From an uncultured Acidimicrobiaceae bacterium (lineage in GTDB: Bacteria; Actinomycetota; Acidimicrobiia; Acidimicrobiales; RAAP-2), in contig CAWAHA010000029.1 in NCBI GenBank assembly GCA_963781565.1, positions 15,683 through 79,682 on the forward strand: a stretch of 64,000 nt of DNA, given 5' to 3'. A program made the translations under genes and the position numbers. Each line of letters opens with the position of its first letter. Positions within the stretch are counted from its first letter, which is position 1. This document shows, one piece after another, positions 31,659 to 42,594 of the stretch. The notes beneath the pieces are model-generated. The model saw nothing but the letters and a program-made list of their open reading frames with translations, was not told where the DNA came from and did no database searches.

Positions 31659-31839
31659 GAACTCCCTCGTCCTCGGGTCGATCGCCGACCGGTCACTCGC
31701 TGGTGGTTTCCGCCAGACGTCGCCCGCGGCCTGCAACCATCGACCAATCCCTGAACCTCTGGGGAAGGTTGATGTTCACAGTGCGGGAACGTGAACCCCA
31801 CCATACGGGGGGCCGTTCGGGCTGGTCAAGCATCCTACG

Positions 31840-32652
31840 TCAGCCTGAGGTCACCGTCGGCGCATCGGGGACGCTGACATCGATGACATCGCCGTTGTGC
31901 AGGGTGGCCCCCGCCAGAATGGAGGAGACGTCCTCGTATTTGGCGGTGAGCTCGGCGGCGCTCCCGATGTCGACGACGATAGGCGTGGTCAGGGCCAACT
32001 GGACCCAACCCGCCGGCTCGACCGTGACTGCGGTGACCTGACCGACGAAGGACGTCGGGAGCGACGAGGCCACCCGGAGCCCCGGGGCGTCCTTGAGGGA
32101 GAGCACCGTGCCGGGCTCGCCGGGAGGCTCGGGCACCGCCAGGAGCAGGAGCCCTGGCGGGCGGGTGGCCGACTCCCCCAGCACCCTCCCGTCGCTGCTC
32201 AGCGACTCCCACGTTCCGTCTGCCTTGCTGGCAGTGAAGCGGGCGGTCTCCTCGGTCACGGCGATGTGGACCCCGTCGGGCCACGACACCTGCACGGAGG
32301 CCGTGCGTACCCACGGCAGCTGCTCCAGGCGGGCGGCCGCTTCTCCGGTGTTCACGTCGAGCAGTGGCGGATGGGTGCCCAGCCCCGCCTGGCTCACGAC
32401 CTGGGCGGCCGACTCGTGCAGGTTGCCGGTCACCGTGACCGATCGGGCGGAGAAAAGAGGCGTGTGGACGAGGAACCACCCGCCTACGAGGAGAGCCGCC
32501 GCGCCGAGCGCGACGCTGGCGATGAGCAAGCGACGCCGGCCCTGCTCCCTGATGACCGCAGTGCGCCGGGCCGACAGGCGCGGATCCATCCGCCGCACCC
32601 AACCCCTCTGAGTGGACGGTACCTTGGCGCCGGTCCGGCGTGCGGGCGTCAT
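31840..32652 (-). CDS. ftsQ: Cell division protein FtsQ (POTRA)
   Basis: Single TM helix followed by a POTRA-like VTVTGNLHESAAQV...LPWVRTASVQVSWPDGVHIAV. ATGA overlap with murB. Intact. Confidence 0.8.
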   Translation of the reverse strand: MTPARRTGAKVPSTQRGWVRRMDPRLSARRTAVIREQGRRRLLIASVALGAAALLVGGWFLVHTPLFSARSVTVTGNLHESAAQVVSQAGLGTHPPLLDVNTGEAAARLEQLPWVRTASVQVSWPDGVHIAVTEETARFTASKADGTWESLSSDGRVLGESATRPPGLLLLAVPEPPGEPGTVLSLKDAPGLRVASSLPTSFVGQVTAVTVEPAGWVQLALTTPIVVDIGSAAELTAKYEDVSSILAGATLHNGDVIDVSVPDAPTVTSG

Positions 32653-33686
32653 TGCGCGACCTCGCCCAGGGCCGTCCCGACGCCACCGTTCTCATCCACC
32701 GCACCATCTTCCCCGCCACCGAACCCGAGAAGGCGGACCTCGGCCTGCAGGACCACGCCGCTCAGCTGGGCCACGACATCGCGTATGTGTGCCATGAGCG
32801 CGAGGACGTCGTCGGCCCGGCCGTCCTTGTCGGCCTGAATGAAGTTGGCGTGCTTCTCCGACACGTGGGCCGTGCCCAGGCGGAAACCCTTCAACCCGGC
32901 CTCCTCGATGAGCCTCCCGGCCGAATCCCCCTCGGGGTTGGTGAACACCGAGCCGGCGTTGGAGCCTCCGGGCTGGTGCTCGCGACGCCATTTGACGATG
33001 GCGCTGACCGCCGCCTGTTCCTCCTCGACCACGCCCGGGGTGACCGACAGATCCGCCGCCAGCACCACCTGGGTGGCCGCCACTGCGGAGGAGCGGTAGC
33101 CGTAGTCGAGGTGGCGCGACGCTCGTCGGTCCCTCCGGCCTCACTGCAGAGATCGACCCAGCTGTAGCGCACGAGACACGAGGCCATGTCCGAGCCGTGG
33201 CCTCCGGCATTCATACGGACGGCCCCGCCGACCGAGCCCGGGACCCCGACGGCCCAGGACAACCCGCTCCACCCCGCGTCGGCGACGCGACGGGCGAGCA
33301 CCGGCAGAGCGACCGCTGCGCCGGCCCGCACCACGGCAGGAGGGCTCGCCGGAGCTCCTTCCCCCTCCCGCTCCGGTGCGGGGAGTTCCACGCCGGCGAA
33401 GCCTGCGCCCAAATGCAGCACCATCCCGTCGAACCCCTCGTCGGCCACCAGCAGGTTGGAGCCGCGCCCCAGCACGAAGACGGCAGACGTCCACGCGCCA
33501 GACGATGCCTGCTGGCGGCACAGCCCGCCGGACCATGGCCAGGTCGTCGGGCCCATCCACCTCGACGTAGAGCGCGGCCGGCCCCCCGACGCCGTAGGTC
33601 GTCAGCGGGCCCAGCGGCTTGCCCAGCGTGGCCCGCTCGCCCAGGGCGTCGGCCAACCGGTGCAGCTCGTCTCCCGACCTCACCAC
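32649..33686 (-). CDS. murB: UDP-N-acetylenolpyruvoylglucosamine reductase; about two frame corrections (about 33520, 33100)
   Basis: LTTYGVGGPA (ORF 33141..33686), VLGRGSNLLVADEGFDG...GVPGSVGGAVRMNAGGHG (ORF 32891..33556), GSNAGSVFTNPEGDSAGRLIE...VSEKHANF (ORF 32649..33083). Confidence 0.85.
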
Positions 33687-35069
33687 TCCGGAGACTCGAG
33701 CAGCTGGTCGGGCAGTTGGGTCAGGTCACCTGCGCCGAGGGTCAGGCAGAGATCGCCCGGCCGCAGTGTCGCGGCGACCGTTTGGCGCAGCTCCTCCCAC
33801 CCGGCCACGTAGCTGACCGGGAGCCGAGGGTCCTGGTCCCGCACGGCGTCGGCCACCAAGCGCCCTGACACCCCGGGCACGGGCCGTTCGCCGGCGCTGT
33901 AGATGTCGGTGACGACCAGCACGTCGGCATCGGCAAAGGCGGATCCGAACTCCGAGGCCAGGGCAGCCGTGCGCGTGAAGCGGTGGGGCTGGAACACTGC
34001 GACGACGCGGTCCCACCCCCCGGTCCGGGCCGTGGCCAGCGCAGCGCGTACCTCCGCCGGCAGGTGGGCGTAGTCGTCCACGAAGGTCACCCCGTTGGCG
34101 TCGCCGCGGAACTCGAAGCGCCGGGTCACCCCGGCGAAGCGGGCCAGCGCGGCCTGGGCCGCCGTGAAGGGCGCTCCGGCTTGCAGTGCGGCCACCACCG
34201 CCGTCGCCCCGTTCCGCGCGTTGTGCAGACCCGGGACGCCCATGGCGATCGTGCCCAGCTCGCCTTCGGGACCCCGCAGGCTGAAGGACACGGAGCTGCG
34301 CTGCAGATCGAGGTGCTCCATCACATAGGTCGAGCCGGGGTCGGAGCCGACGCTGGTGGCGCCGTGCTCCCGCCCGATCGCCGCCGCCTCGGGATCGTCG
34401 GCGCACACGACCGAGCCCAGCCGCGCCCCGGCCACGAAGTCCGCGAAGGCGGCCCGCAGGACATCGAAGGTCCCGTAGAAATCGAGATGGTCCGGCTCGA
34501 CGTTGGTCAGCACGGCCAGGTCCGGCGTGATCGCCTGGAAGGTGCCGTAGCTCTCGTCTGCCTCGACCACCAGCCACTCCCCCGTATCCCACACGGCGTT
34601 CGTCCCGATTTCGTTGACGTCGGCGCCGATGACGAAGGAGGGCCGCAGGCCGGCCTCGACCAGGATCAGCGAGAGCATCGATGCGGTCGTCGTCTTGCCA
34701 TGCGTGCCCGACACGGCGAGGCAGCGGCGGGTGGCGCAGATCGCCGCCAGCATCTCGGAGCGCGGCACCACGCGGATGTCCCGGCGCGCGCGCCTCGGCA
34801 AGCTCGGGATTCTCGGGCTGCACAGCTGGGGAGTACGTCACGGCGTCAATGTCCGCCACGTTCCCCGGCGCGTGCCCGACGGCCACGGTGATGCCATGGG
34901 AACGAAGCCGCTCCGCCACCGGCGAGTCCTTCAGATCCGAACCGGAGACCTGGTGGCCCATGTCCCGCAGCACGAGCGCGATGGCGCTCATGCCTGCCCC
35001 TCCGATGCCCACAATGTGGATGCGCCGTGGTTGTCCGAGGTCGAGAGCGGCGTCAGCGGGCATGGGCAT
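33680..35069 (-). CDS. murC: UDP-N-acetylmuramate-L-alanine ligase; one frame correction near 34795
   Basis: IHIVGIGGAGMSAIALVL (frame of ORF 33726..35252). Then AVSGTHGKTTTASM, EADESYGTF and VDDYAHLPAE (ORF 33680..34801). Confidence 0.9.
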
Positions 35070-36237
35070 CCACCAGCTCGGCGACGCGGGCTGCCGCGTC
35101 GGGGTGCCCGTTCTCCCGGGCCGCTTCGCACATGGCCTGCAGCCGGCCCGGATCCGCCAGCAATGCATCGAGCTCCGAGGCGAGGCGACGCCCGGTGCAC
35201 TCATGATCGGGGATGAGGACCGCTGCGCCCATGCCGACCAGTGCCTGGGCATTGCGTGTCTGGTGGTCGCGTGGAGCTCCGGGCAGCGGGACGAGAATGG
35301 CCGGAACGCCCGAGACCAGCAGCTCGGCCACCGTCATGGCTCCCGCCCGGACGACGCAGACGTCGGCCGCGTTGTAGAAGTCCGGCATCTTGTCCTCGAA
35401 CGGCACCACCCTGTACCGCAGTCCGTCCCCGTCGTCTTCGGTCACGGTGGTTCCGGCGGTCCCGGCGCTCGGCGCCCCCGCTGCGGCCACCGAGCCGGAA
35501 CCGGCGGGCACGAACGCCTCGTAGTCACGCCGGCCGGTGACGTGATAGAGCGCCCGGTCGGCGTGGGGGGCCCAGGCCGTGGCCAGGTCGGCCACGGCGC
35601 GGTTGACCTGGCGGGCGCCGAGCGAGCCACCGGCACAGGCCACGGTCTGGCGGTCCGGAGGCAGATGCAGGTCTGCCCGGCTGGCCGCCCGTCCCAGGGC
35701 GTCTCGCTGCAAGGACGCGAGCTCCGGCCAGACCGGGGTCCCGGTCACATGGGTCCGGGGCAGGTCGGTCCCCGCGAAGGCAACCGCATTGGCCTTGGCG
35801 AACCGGCCGAGCAGGCCGTTCACGGCACCCGGCACGGAGTCTGTGGTCATACAGACGAGGGGCACCCGGGTGAGCACGGCTGCCATCCCGGCGGGAAAGC
35901 TGGCGTACCCGCCGACGATGACGACCACCCGGGGCCGACGGCGGAGGAAGGAGCCGACGGCACGCAGGCAGGCCCAGATGAGCCCCGCCACCGCACCCGC
36001 GTTGGCCCACCAGGCGGAAGGCCGCAGACTGCGGCGCACGCCGCGGCCGTGGAGGAGTGTGTAGGGGAACTCCAGCGTCGGCCAGGTCGTGGCCTCCTGG
36101 CCCCGGCGGGAGCCGTAGAGCTCGATCGTCTGCGCCGAGTGCCCGCGGTCAACCAGGGCGCGCGCAATCTGGAGCGAAGGGACGATGTGACCGCCGGTCC
36201 CACCGCCCGCAATCACCGTGCCGCGCCGTGTGCTCAC
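35053..36237 (-). CDS. murG: Undecaprenyldiphospho-muramoylpentapeptide beta-N-acetylglucosaminyltransferase
   Basis: C-terminal 395 codons of the long ORF 35053..38739: VIAGGGTGGHIVPSLQIA...RAGAMTVAELLVSGVPAILVPLP...HQTRNA. The GTG start overlaps the ftsW stop (GTGA). No frame break. Confidence 0.9.
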   Translation of the reverse strand: MSTRRGTVIAGGGTGGHIVPSLQIARALVDRGHSAQTIELYGSRRGQEATTWPTLEFPYTLLHGRGVRRSLRPSAWWANAGAVAGLIWACLRAVGSFLRRRPRVVVIVGGYASFPAGMAAVLTRVPLVCMTTDSVPGAVNGLLGRFAKANAVAFAGTDLPRTHVTGTPVWPELASLQRDALGRAASRADLHLPPDRQTVACAGGSLGARQVNRAVADLATAWAPHADRALYHVTGRRDYEAFVPAGSGSVAAAGAPSAGTAGTTVTEDDGDGLRYRVVPFEDKMPDFYNAADVCVVRAGAMTVAELLVSGVPAILVPLPGAPRDHQTRNAQALVGMGAAVLIPDHECTGRRLASELDALLADPGRLQAMCEAARENGHPDAAARVAELVDAHAR

Positions 36238-37551
36238 CGACCTCGGGCCGAACCGGCGGGCCGGCGACCCGACCCGGCGAGCCGCAGTGTCGTCCCGGCC
36301 TCGCCCTGCCGGGCGACATTGATCAGGATGCCGGCCGCAGCCATGGTGATCACAAGCGACGAACCGCCGAAGGAGATGAACGGGAGCGGAATGCCGGTGA
36401 CGGGGAGGACGCCGACCACCGCCCCGACGTTGATCAGGGTCTCTGCCCCCACCCAGGCCACCAGCCCGAGGGAGACGAGCGCGCCGAAGCGGTCGGCCGA
36501 CTGCACCGCGGCCCGGATCCCGAGCCACATGAACCCGGCCAGGAGGGCGAGCACGAACAGGGCGCCGACAATGCCGAGCTGCTCGCCGATGACGGAGAAG
36601 ATGAAGTCGGTGTGCGCGTTGGGCAGGAACCCCCACTGCGCCTGACCGCCGCCGAGGCCCGAGCCGACGAAGTGGCCCGAACCCAGACCGATGAGCGACT
36701 GCATCACCTGGTAGCCCGACCCCGAGCTGTGCGCGGAGGGATCCATGAAGGAAAGCAGCCGGGCGCGGCGGTAGGGCGAGGCGATCGCCACGATCAGGGC
36801 CAGGCCGACCAGGGCGGCCATCACCTTCATGACGGGCCCGAGGCGCACGCCGGAGACGAACAGCAGCGCCAGTGCGATGAAACCGAGGACCATGGCCGTG
36901 CCCATGTCCGGCTGGGCCAGGATCAGCACGCAGGCGAATCCGGTGACGATGAGGAGCGGTCCGATGATGCGGCGGTCCGCGGCATCCTCGTCGAGGCGGC
37001 GGGTGATGAAATCGGCGGCGAACAGCGTCAGGGCGAGCTTCATCAGCTCGGAGGGCTGCAGGCGGAACTGCCCGAAGCCGACCCAGCGGCTGGAGCCCAT
37101 GGCGTGCACCCCGAGGCCCGGGACGAGCACCACGAAGAGGAGCCCGATCGTCACCAGCATGATGAGGGGGCTGAAGCGGCGCAGCTTGCGGTAGTCGAAG
37201 CGGATGGCCAGCCAGAGCACCACGGCGCCGATCGCCATCCACATGGCCTCGCGGATCAGGATCGCCCAGGGCGACCCGTAGGTGGCGATGGAGACGACCG
37301 AGGACGCTGAGCCCACCATGACGAGGCCGATGAGGCAGAGCAGGACGACGTCGAGGAGCAAGAGCGTCGAGACCGAAATGCGGTGGCTGCCGATGCGGAC
37401 GCCGAGTCCCTCGGTACGGGCGGCCTGGCGGTGTGCCAGTCGAGCGCGGGCCGGCGCTGGCCGTCTTCACCTTGGCGACGGGCGTCCGGCGGGGCCGGGG
37501 CGACGTGTGTCGCTCCGGCGTGGCTGTACTGGTACTGCGGGTCAACGTCAT
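36234..37551 (-). CDS. ftsW: SEDS peptidoglycan glycosyltransferase FtsW; one frame correction near 37460; alternative in-frame start at ATG 37701
   Basis: ORF 36234..37361 has the SEDS core (QPSELMKLAL, PDMGTAMV, HTDFIFSVIGEQLG, GIPLPFISFGGSS). The Arg/Pro-rich N-terminal tail lies in the frame of the long ORF, starting at ATG 37551 or 37701. Confidence 0.85.
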
Positions 37552-37701
37552 GGCGCCCACTCCCCCTGGGCGCGGGCGCGCCGCTCTGCCCGGTCCGACA
37601 CCCGATGCATGGAGCCAGTCTCCCCCACCGCGCGGCCGAAGTGGCGGACCGCGCCGCCGAGCCGGCACACCGAGCCGCGCCTCGCCGCCGGAGGAGGTCA
37701 T
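37548..37701 (-). other. 154-nt segment occupying the canonical murD slot (no MurD-sized ORF present)
   Basis: ATG 37701 overlaps the mraY stop (ATGA). One frame runs in-frame into ftsW. Another reads RRGSVCRLGGAVRHFGRAVGETGSMHRVSDRAE... and stops in a TGA that overlaps ATG 37551. Confidence 0.6.
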
Positions 37702-38739
37702 GTGAACTTCGCCACCGTCAGGAAGTCCCCGTAGAAGATCCCGAGCCCCAACGCGCAGAAGAGGCCGCCGAGGATCCAGAAGCGGACGATGACCGTCGTC
37801 TCGGGCCAACCGCCGAGCTCGAAGTGGTGGTGGATGGGAGCCATGCGGAAGATGCGTCGGTGGAAGGCGCGAAAGCTGATGATCTGCAAAATCACCGACA
37901 CGGTCTCCATGACGAAGAGGCCGCCGATGATGAGGAGGAGGAGATCGAGGTTGAGCAGCAGGCAGAGCGCGGCCAAGCCGGCGCCGATGGCCAGCGACCC
38001 GGTGTCGCCCATGATGATTTTCGCCGGCGCCGCGTTCCACCAGAGGAAGCCGATGCACCCGCCGGCCAGCGCCACCGACACCAGCGCCAGATCGACGGCC
38101 GACGCCGGCAGCACGTGGTAGATGGAAAAGTGCCGGAAGATCCAGTACCCCATGATCGAGAGCACCGCGAAGCAGAAGGTCCCCGACCCGGCGGCGAGAC
38201 CGTCGACGCCGTCGGTGATGTTCACCGCGTTGGACGTGCCGACCATGACCAGAACGGCGAAGATGATCCAGCCGATCGGCCCGAGATTGATGCCGATCAC
38301 GTCGATCCGGGTGAACGACAGCGCGGTCGAGGTGTGGGCCCAGTAGCACGGCCAGCACGGCGAAGACCAGGGCGCAGGCGATCTGCGCGCCGGACTTGCC
38401 CCGCTTGTTCAGCCCGAGGCTCCGCTTGTGGTGGACCTTGATGTAGTCGTCGAGGTACCCGATGAGGCCGAACGCCACCACGGCGCCGACGGCCAGGTAG
38501 CCGGTGCGGGAGAACCGGATCTCGGTGCCGATGTGCCCGATGGCGTAGCCGGCCACCGTGGCGGCGACGATGGCGATGCCGCCCATGGTCGGCGTCCCTG
38601 CCTTGGCCGAGTGGGAGGCGGGGCCGTCTTCTCTGATGTGCTGACCCAACTCGCGCTGGCGGAAGTAGCGGATGAGGAAGGGGGTGAAGAGGATGGCGAT
38701 CCACAGAGCGACGCTTCCCGAGACAAGCAGGCCGAGCAC
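37698..38739 (-). CDS. mraY: Phospho-N-acetylmuramoyl-pentapeptide transferase; one frame correction near 38335
   Basis: N-terminus in the long ORF (GTPTMGGIAIV...GYLDDYIKV). C-terminus in ORF 37698..38300 (NAVNITDGVDGLAAG, MGDTGSLAIG, APIHHHFELGGW). The GTG start lies 11 nt after GGAGG. Confidence 0.9.
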
Positions 38740-38876
38740 GGGGTGTCAGGCCTCCGGCAGGGACTGCCGGGATGCCGATTCGCCGCGCGCCGCCACCGGA
38801 GACGCCGCCACCGAAGAACTCGACGCCGCGCCCGCTCGCCACACCGACGCCGGGCTGCGCCGTCCACGTCCGCGGG
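38740..38876 (-). other. 137-nt segment occupying the canonical murF slot (no MurF-sized ORF present)
   Basis: Lies between the murE stop (TGA 38877-38879) and the mraY GTG (38739). It contains only the mraY RBS and short reading frames. Confidence 0.6.
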
Positions 38877-40364
38877 TCAGCGCTGAAACGCGACGAGAGA
38901 ATCCGGCGGGCCTCGACGGCGTCGTCGAAGGGGAGGCGCTCGCCGGCCACCTCCTGGTACGTCTCGTGGCCCTTTCCCGCAATGACCACGACATCGCCCG
39001 GCCGCGCCGCATCGAGGGCCAGGCGGATGGCGACACGGCGGTCTGGCTCGACGACGATGTGCGGGTTGGACCGCCCACCAGGGACGCCGCCCAGCACATC
39101 CTCGAGAATGGCCAGCGGGTCCTCGAAGCGTGGGTTGTCGGACGTGAGGAACGCCAGATCGCTCAGTTGCGTCGCCGCCGCGCCCATCAGAGGCCGCTTG
39201 GCCCGGTCCCGGTTCCCCCGCAGCCGAAGACGCAGAGCACCCGGCCCGATGGGGCCAGCCGGCGCGCCTCGCCGAGCACGACCTCCAGTCCGGCCGGCGT
39301 GTGCGCGTAGTCGACCAGCACGGTGAAGGGAGGGCCGTCAGACGCCCGTCGTGCTTCCCGGGCGCGGCAATGACCTGGAGCCGGCCCGGCACCGGACCGA
39401 GGTGAGCCATCGCCCGTGCGATCTCCTCTGGCCCGAGTTCCAGCTCGTCGAGCGCCAATGCGGCCTCCGCCGCCAGGAGGGCGTTGTCCACGTTGACGGC
39501 ACCCGTCAGCGGGGTGACGATCCGCTGCCCGCGCCAGGTGAACTCCGAGTGGCCCGGACGCAGCACAATGTCGGTGGCATCACCGTGATGCACGGCGATG
39601 GTGGGGATGCGGGCGCGCTCCAGGAGACGTTGTCCCCACGGATCGTCCGCGTCGACGACGCCGCGCAGCGCGTGGCTCGGGGTGAAGAGCATTGCCTTGG
39701 CCTCGAAGTACTCCTCCATCGTCCCGTGGTAGTCGAGGTGGTCGTGGCTGAGGTTGGTGAAGACCGCGACGTCGAAATGGATGCCCTCGACCCGTGCTTG
39801 GACCAGCGCGTGGCTCGACACCTCCATGGCGACCGCATGACGATGGCCGTCGGACTTCTGGCGGTCGCGCACACCGGCCAGCACCCGCTGCACCTCGGTG
39901 GCCTCGGGCGTCGTGCGCGTCCCTGACAACGTCCCCATGACGTTCGTCGGACGGCCGGTCGCGCCGAGGAGGTCGCCCAGCAACTGCGTCACGGTCGTCT
40001 TGCCGTTGGTTCCCGTCACGCCGATCATCAACAGATCACGGGCGGGGTAGCCGTAGAAGGCGGCGGCCAGCCGGGCCATGACCGGGCGCATGGTGCCGGC
40101 CGCGATCCGGGTCTGCACCACGTCCTGGTCGATCAGCTCGGGAATGAAGTGCTCGCACAGGAGGCCGATGGCGCCACGATCGACCGCCTCGGCGGCGTGG
40201 GCGTGCCCATCGCTGACACCCCCGGGGACGCAGCAGAAGAGGTCACCGGGAACGACCCGGCGACTGTCGTGCGAGATCCCGCTGACCTCGACCGCCGAAG
40301 GGTCGCCGACGGACTCAATGACCTCTATGTCGTCGAAGAGGAGGTTCATAGGCACGCGTGGCAT
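38877..40364 (-). CDS. murE: UDP-N-acetylmuramoyl-L-alanyl-D-glutamate-2,6-diaminopimelate ligase; two to three frame corrections (about 39300, 39215, possibly 38900)
   Basis: [45 protein letters not shown] (ORF 38877..40508). [19 protein letters not shown] lies in a second frame. [11 protein letters not shown]...[11 protein letters not shown]...AGKGHETYQ is in ORF 38297..39187. The DNPR motif suggests meso-DAP specificity. Confidence 0.9.
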   Translation of the reverse strand: MPRVPMNLLFDDIEVIESVGDPSAVEVSGISHDSRRVVPGDLFCCVPGGVSDGHAHAAEAVDRGAIGLLCEHFIPELIDQDVVQTRIAAGTMRPVMARLAAAFYGYPARDLLMIGVTGTNGKTTVTQLLGDLLGATGRPTNVMGTLSGTRTTPEATEVQRVLAGVRDRQKSDGHRHAVAMEVSSHALVQARVEGIHFDVAVFTNLSHDHLDYHGTMEEYFEAKAMLFTPSHALRGVVDADDPWGQRLLERARIPTIAVHHGDATDIVLRPGHSEFTWRGQRIVTPLTGAVNVDNALLAAEAALALDELELGPEEIARAMAHLGPVPGRLQVIAAPGKHDGRLTALPSPCWSTTRTRRPDWRSCSARRAGWPHRAGCSASSAAGEPGPGQAASDGRGGDATERSGVPHVRQPTLRGPAGHSRGCAGRRPWWAVQPAHRRRARPPCRHPPGPRCGAAGRCRGHCGKGPRDVPGGGRRAPPLRRRRRGPPDSLVAFQR

Positions 40365-40434
40365 GGTCGAACCGACAGCGTTGCATGCCTCGGACACGCC
40401 TGCGACACGACTGCAATGGGCGTGTCCAGCAATG

Positions 40435-42594
40435 TCACGTGATGTCCTGGGCCTGGTCCGATGTGGAGGTCGGCGTGGCGCCGGGCGTCGTGGCCGGCGT
40501 CTGGGCACCGGGAGTGGTGGGGATGTCGTAGCGGTGGAGGGCGTAGCTCATGATCTGCGAGAACACCGGAGCGGCCACCGTGCCGCCGAAAATGGGTGTC
40601 GGCCGGTCCAGCACCACAATCATGGAGAGGGTCGGGTTGGCGGCTGGGGCGAACCCGACGAAGGACGCCATGTAGGCGCCGGTGATGTAGGAGTCGTGCC
40701 CCGTCGTGGGGATCTGGGCGGTCCCCGTCTTCCCGGCCACCGTGTAGCCCGGGACGGAGGCGCTGGTCCCGGTGCCCTCGTTCACGACCTGCTCCAACAT
40801 GGTGGACAGTTCCGAGTCGATGGAGGGCGAGAACACCTGATGGGTGGCCGAAGGAGCCGTCTTGGTCAGGGCACCCGATGGGCTGACCGTGGCCTGGACG
40901 AGCTTCGGCGCCACGTACGTGCCCCCGTTGGCCACCGCGTTGTAGGCATCGAGCACCTGCAGCGCGCTGACGGCGTCAACCTGGCCGATGGGGAGTGAGA
41001 CGTAGTCCGTCGGCTCCCACTGCGCGGCAGTTGCCAGCAGTCCAGGGGACTCGCCCGGGAAGTCGAGCCCTGTGGGCTGACCGAAGCCCAACGCCTTCAC
41101 CTGGTTCAGCAGACGCTGCTCCCCCACACCCTGCGCAATGAGTCCGGTCCCGATGTTGGACGACTGCGCCAGAATCTGCGTGGCACTGAGCTGCTCGGTC
41201 GGGTGGGGCTCGGCGTCGTGGAACGACGACCCGTCCAGGCTGATCTGGTCGGGCACGGTGAACACGGTGTTCGGGTTGATGAGGCCGAACTGCAGGGCCG
41301 CCGAGAACGTCACCAGCTTGAAGACCGAGCCCGGCTCGTAGAGCTGCGTCACGGCCAGGTTGCTCGAGGCTTCGTTGATGGCGTCCTTGGGACCGATCGG
41401 CACCACGCCGCCCGGATCCGACGGCGTCGTCGCGGGAGTGGCACCGAGCGCTGCCGGATGCGTTGCGACGAGATTGGCCATGGAGAGGATTTGCCCGGTC
41501 TTGACGTCCATGACGACGGCCGTGCCGCTCGTGGCGTTGGAGGTCTCGATCGCGCCGGCGAGCGCCTGCTCGGACTCGTACTGCAACTGCGAGTCGAGGG
41601 TGAGCTCCAGCCCGGTGCCCGGGCTCGAGGCCACCTGCTGGGTGGCCGGGGACTGGGGCAGCGTCACCCCGGCGGGCGACTGTTGAATCGTCTCTTTGCC
41701 TTCGATCCCGGCTTTTCGACCTTGTTGTACTCGTACTCGAGCCCGGCCCCGCCATTGCCGGCGGCGTTCGTGAACCCGACGACGGGCGCGGCAAGGTTGC
41801 CGTTGGGCACCTCCCGCTTGGAGTCGGCGATCAGCGAGATGCCGGGGAAGGCGTCTGCAGAAATCGTCTGCCCGGTGGACTGCGGGAGCTGGTGAGCCAG
41901 GACGATGTAACCGGTCCGCTGGTGCAGCTCGGTGGCCAGCGTCGCCACCGGGACGTGAATGATGGGTGAGAGTGCAGTGGCGGTCTGGACCGGATGCGAG
42001 AATCTGAAAGTCGTCGGCCACGACGTCATCGGTGGGGACAGAGAGGGCAAGTGGCGCGCCATCACGGTCGTAAATGCCACCACGCACCGACGGCACCGAG
42101 ACGGTGATGGCGGACTCACCGTGCGCCGCCGCCTGGTACGAGCTCGAGTGCAGGACCTGCACGTCGACGAGCCGGGCGACCACCAACAGCATGGCCAGAA
42201 TGAGCACCATCCGGATCAGCCGGACCCGGCGGGTGAAGGTGCCGTTCTCCCAGCCGCGCCCGCGGCGCTCCCGGGTGGTCTTGGTCGGGGGGCGGCGTGG
42301 GTGCGGCCGCTGGCGGGGCCGGCTGGCCGGCGCTGCTGCCGCAGCGGCCGGACGCCGGGGAACCGCCGGCTGACGACGCCCGGGCGGGGCCGGACGGCGC
42401 CGGACGCGCCGCGGGGCGGGCCGGACGTGTTCTCGTGGACGACGCCCGCGCCGACGGATCGGTCGGACGGGCCGCCCGTCCTTGCGTGCGATCCGTCGTC
42501 GTCCTGGTGCTGCGGATTCCGCCCGAGGAGCTGCTCCGGCGGCCTGAACCAGCGCGCGCGCGCGCCCAGGGTCTTGTCGGGTCGGACTGCTCAC
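40435..42594 (-). CDS. ftsI: Class B penicillin-binding protein (FtsI-type transpeptidase); two frame corrections (about 41990, 41705); start uncertain
   Basis: TM helix plus dimerisation domain (RGGIYDRDGAPLA). The middle part is in ORF 41664..42119 (GLEYEYNK). Transpeptidase motifs present: PGSVFKLVT (SxxK), SSN, KTGTA. Confidence 0.85.
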   Translation of the reverse strand: MSSPTRQDPGRARALVQAAGAAPRAESAAPGRRRIARKDGRPVRPIRRRGRRPREHVRPAPRRVRRRPAPPGRRQPAVPRRPAAAAAAPASRPRQRPHPRRPPTKTTRERRGRGWENGTFTRRVRLIRMVLILAMLLVVARLVDVQVLHSSSYQAAAHGESAITVSVPSVRGGIYDRDGAPLALSVPTDDVVADDFQILASGPDRHCTLTHHSRPGGDAGHRAAPADRLHRPGSPAPAVHRADDFCRRLPRHLADRRLQAGGAQRQPCRARRRVHERRRQWRGRARVRVQQGRKAGIEGKETIQQSPAGVTLPQSPATQQVASSPGTGLELTLDSQLQYESEQALAGAIETSNATSGTAVVMDVKTGQILSMANLVATHPAALGATPATTPSDPGGVVPIGPKDAINEASSNLAVTQLYEPGSVFKLVTFSAALQFGLINPNTVFTVPDQISLDGSSFHDAEPHPTEQLSATQILAQSSNIGTGLIAQGVGEQRLLNQVKALGFGQPTGLDFPGESPGLLATAAQWEPTDYVSLPIGQVDAVSALQVLDAYNAVANGGTYVAPKLVQATVSPSGALTKTAPSATHQVFSPSIDSELSTMLEQVVNEGTGTSASVPGYTVAGKTGTAQIPTTGHDSYITGAYMASFVGFAPAANPTLSMIVVLDRPTPIFGGTVAAPVFSQIMSYALHRYDIPTTPGAQTPATTPGATPTSTSDQAQDIT

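Noticed and set aside
35053-38739. A 1228-aa ORF that looks like a giant fused cell-wall protein.
   Set aside because: Only its C-terminal 395 codons (murG) and short N-terminal stretches (the mraY N-terminus and the ftsW tail) are protein-like. The rest is the murG frame running stop-free through ftsW and mraY, which are clearly encoded in other frames. This is typical of high-GC DNA.
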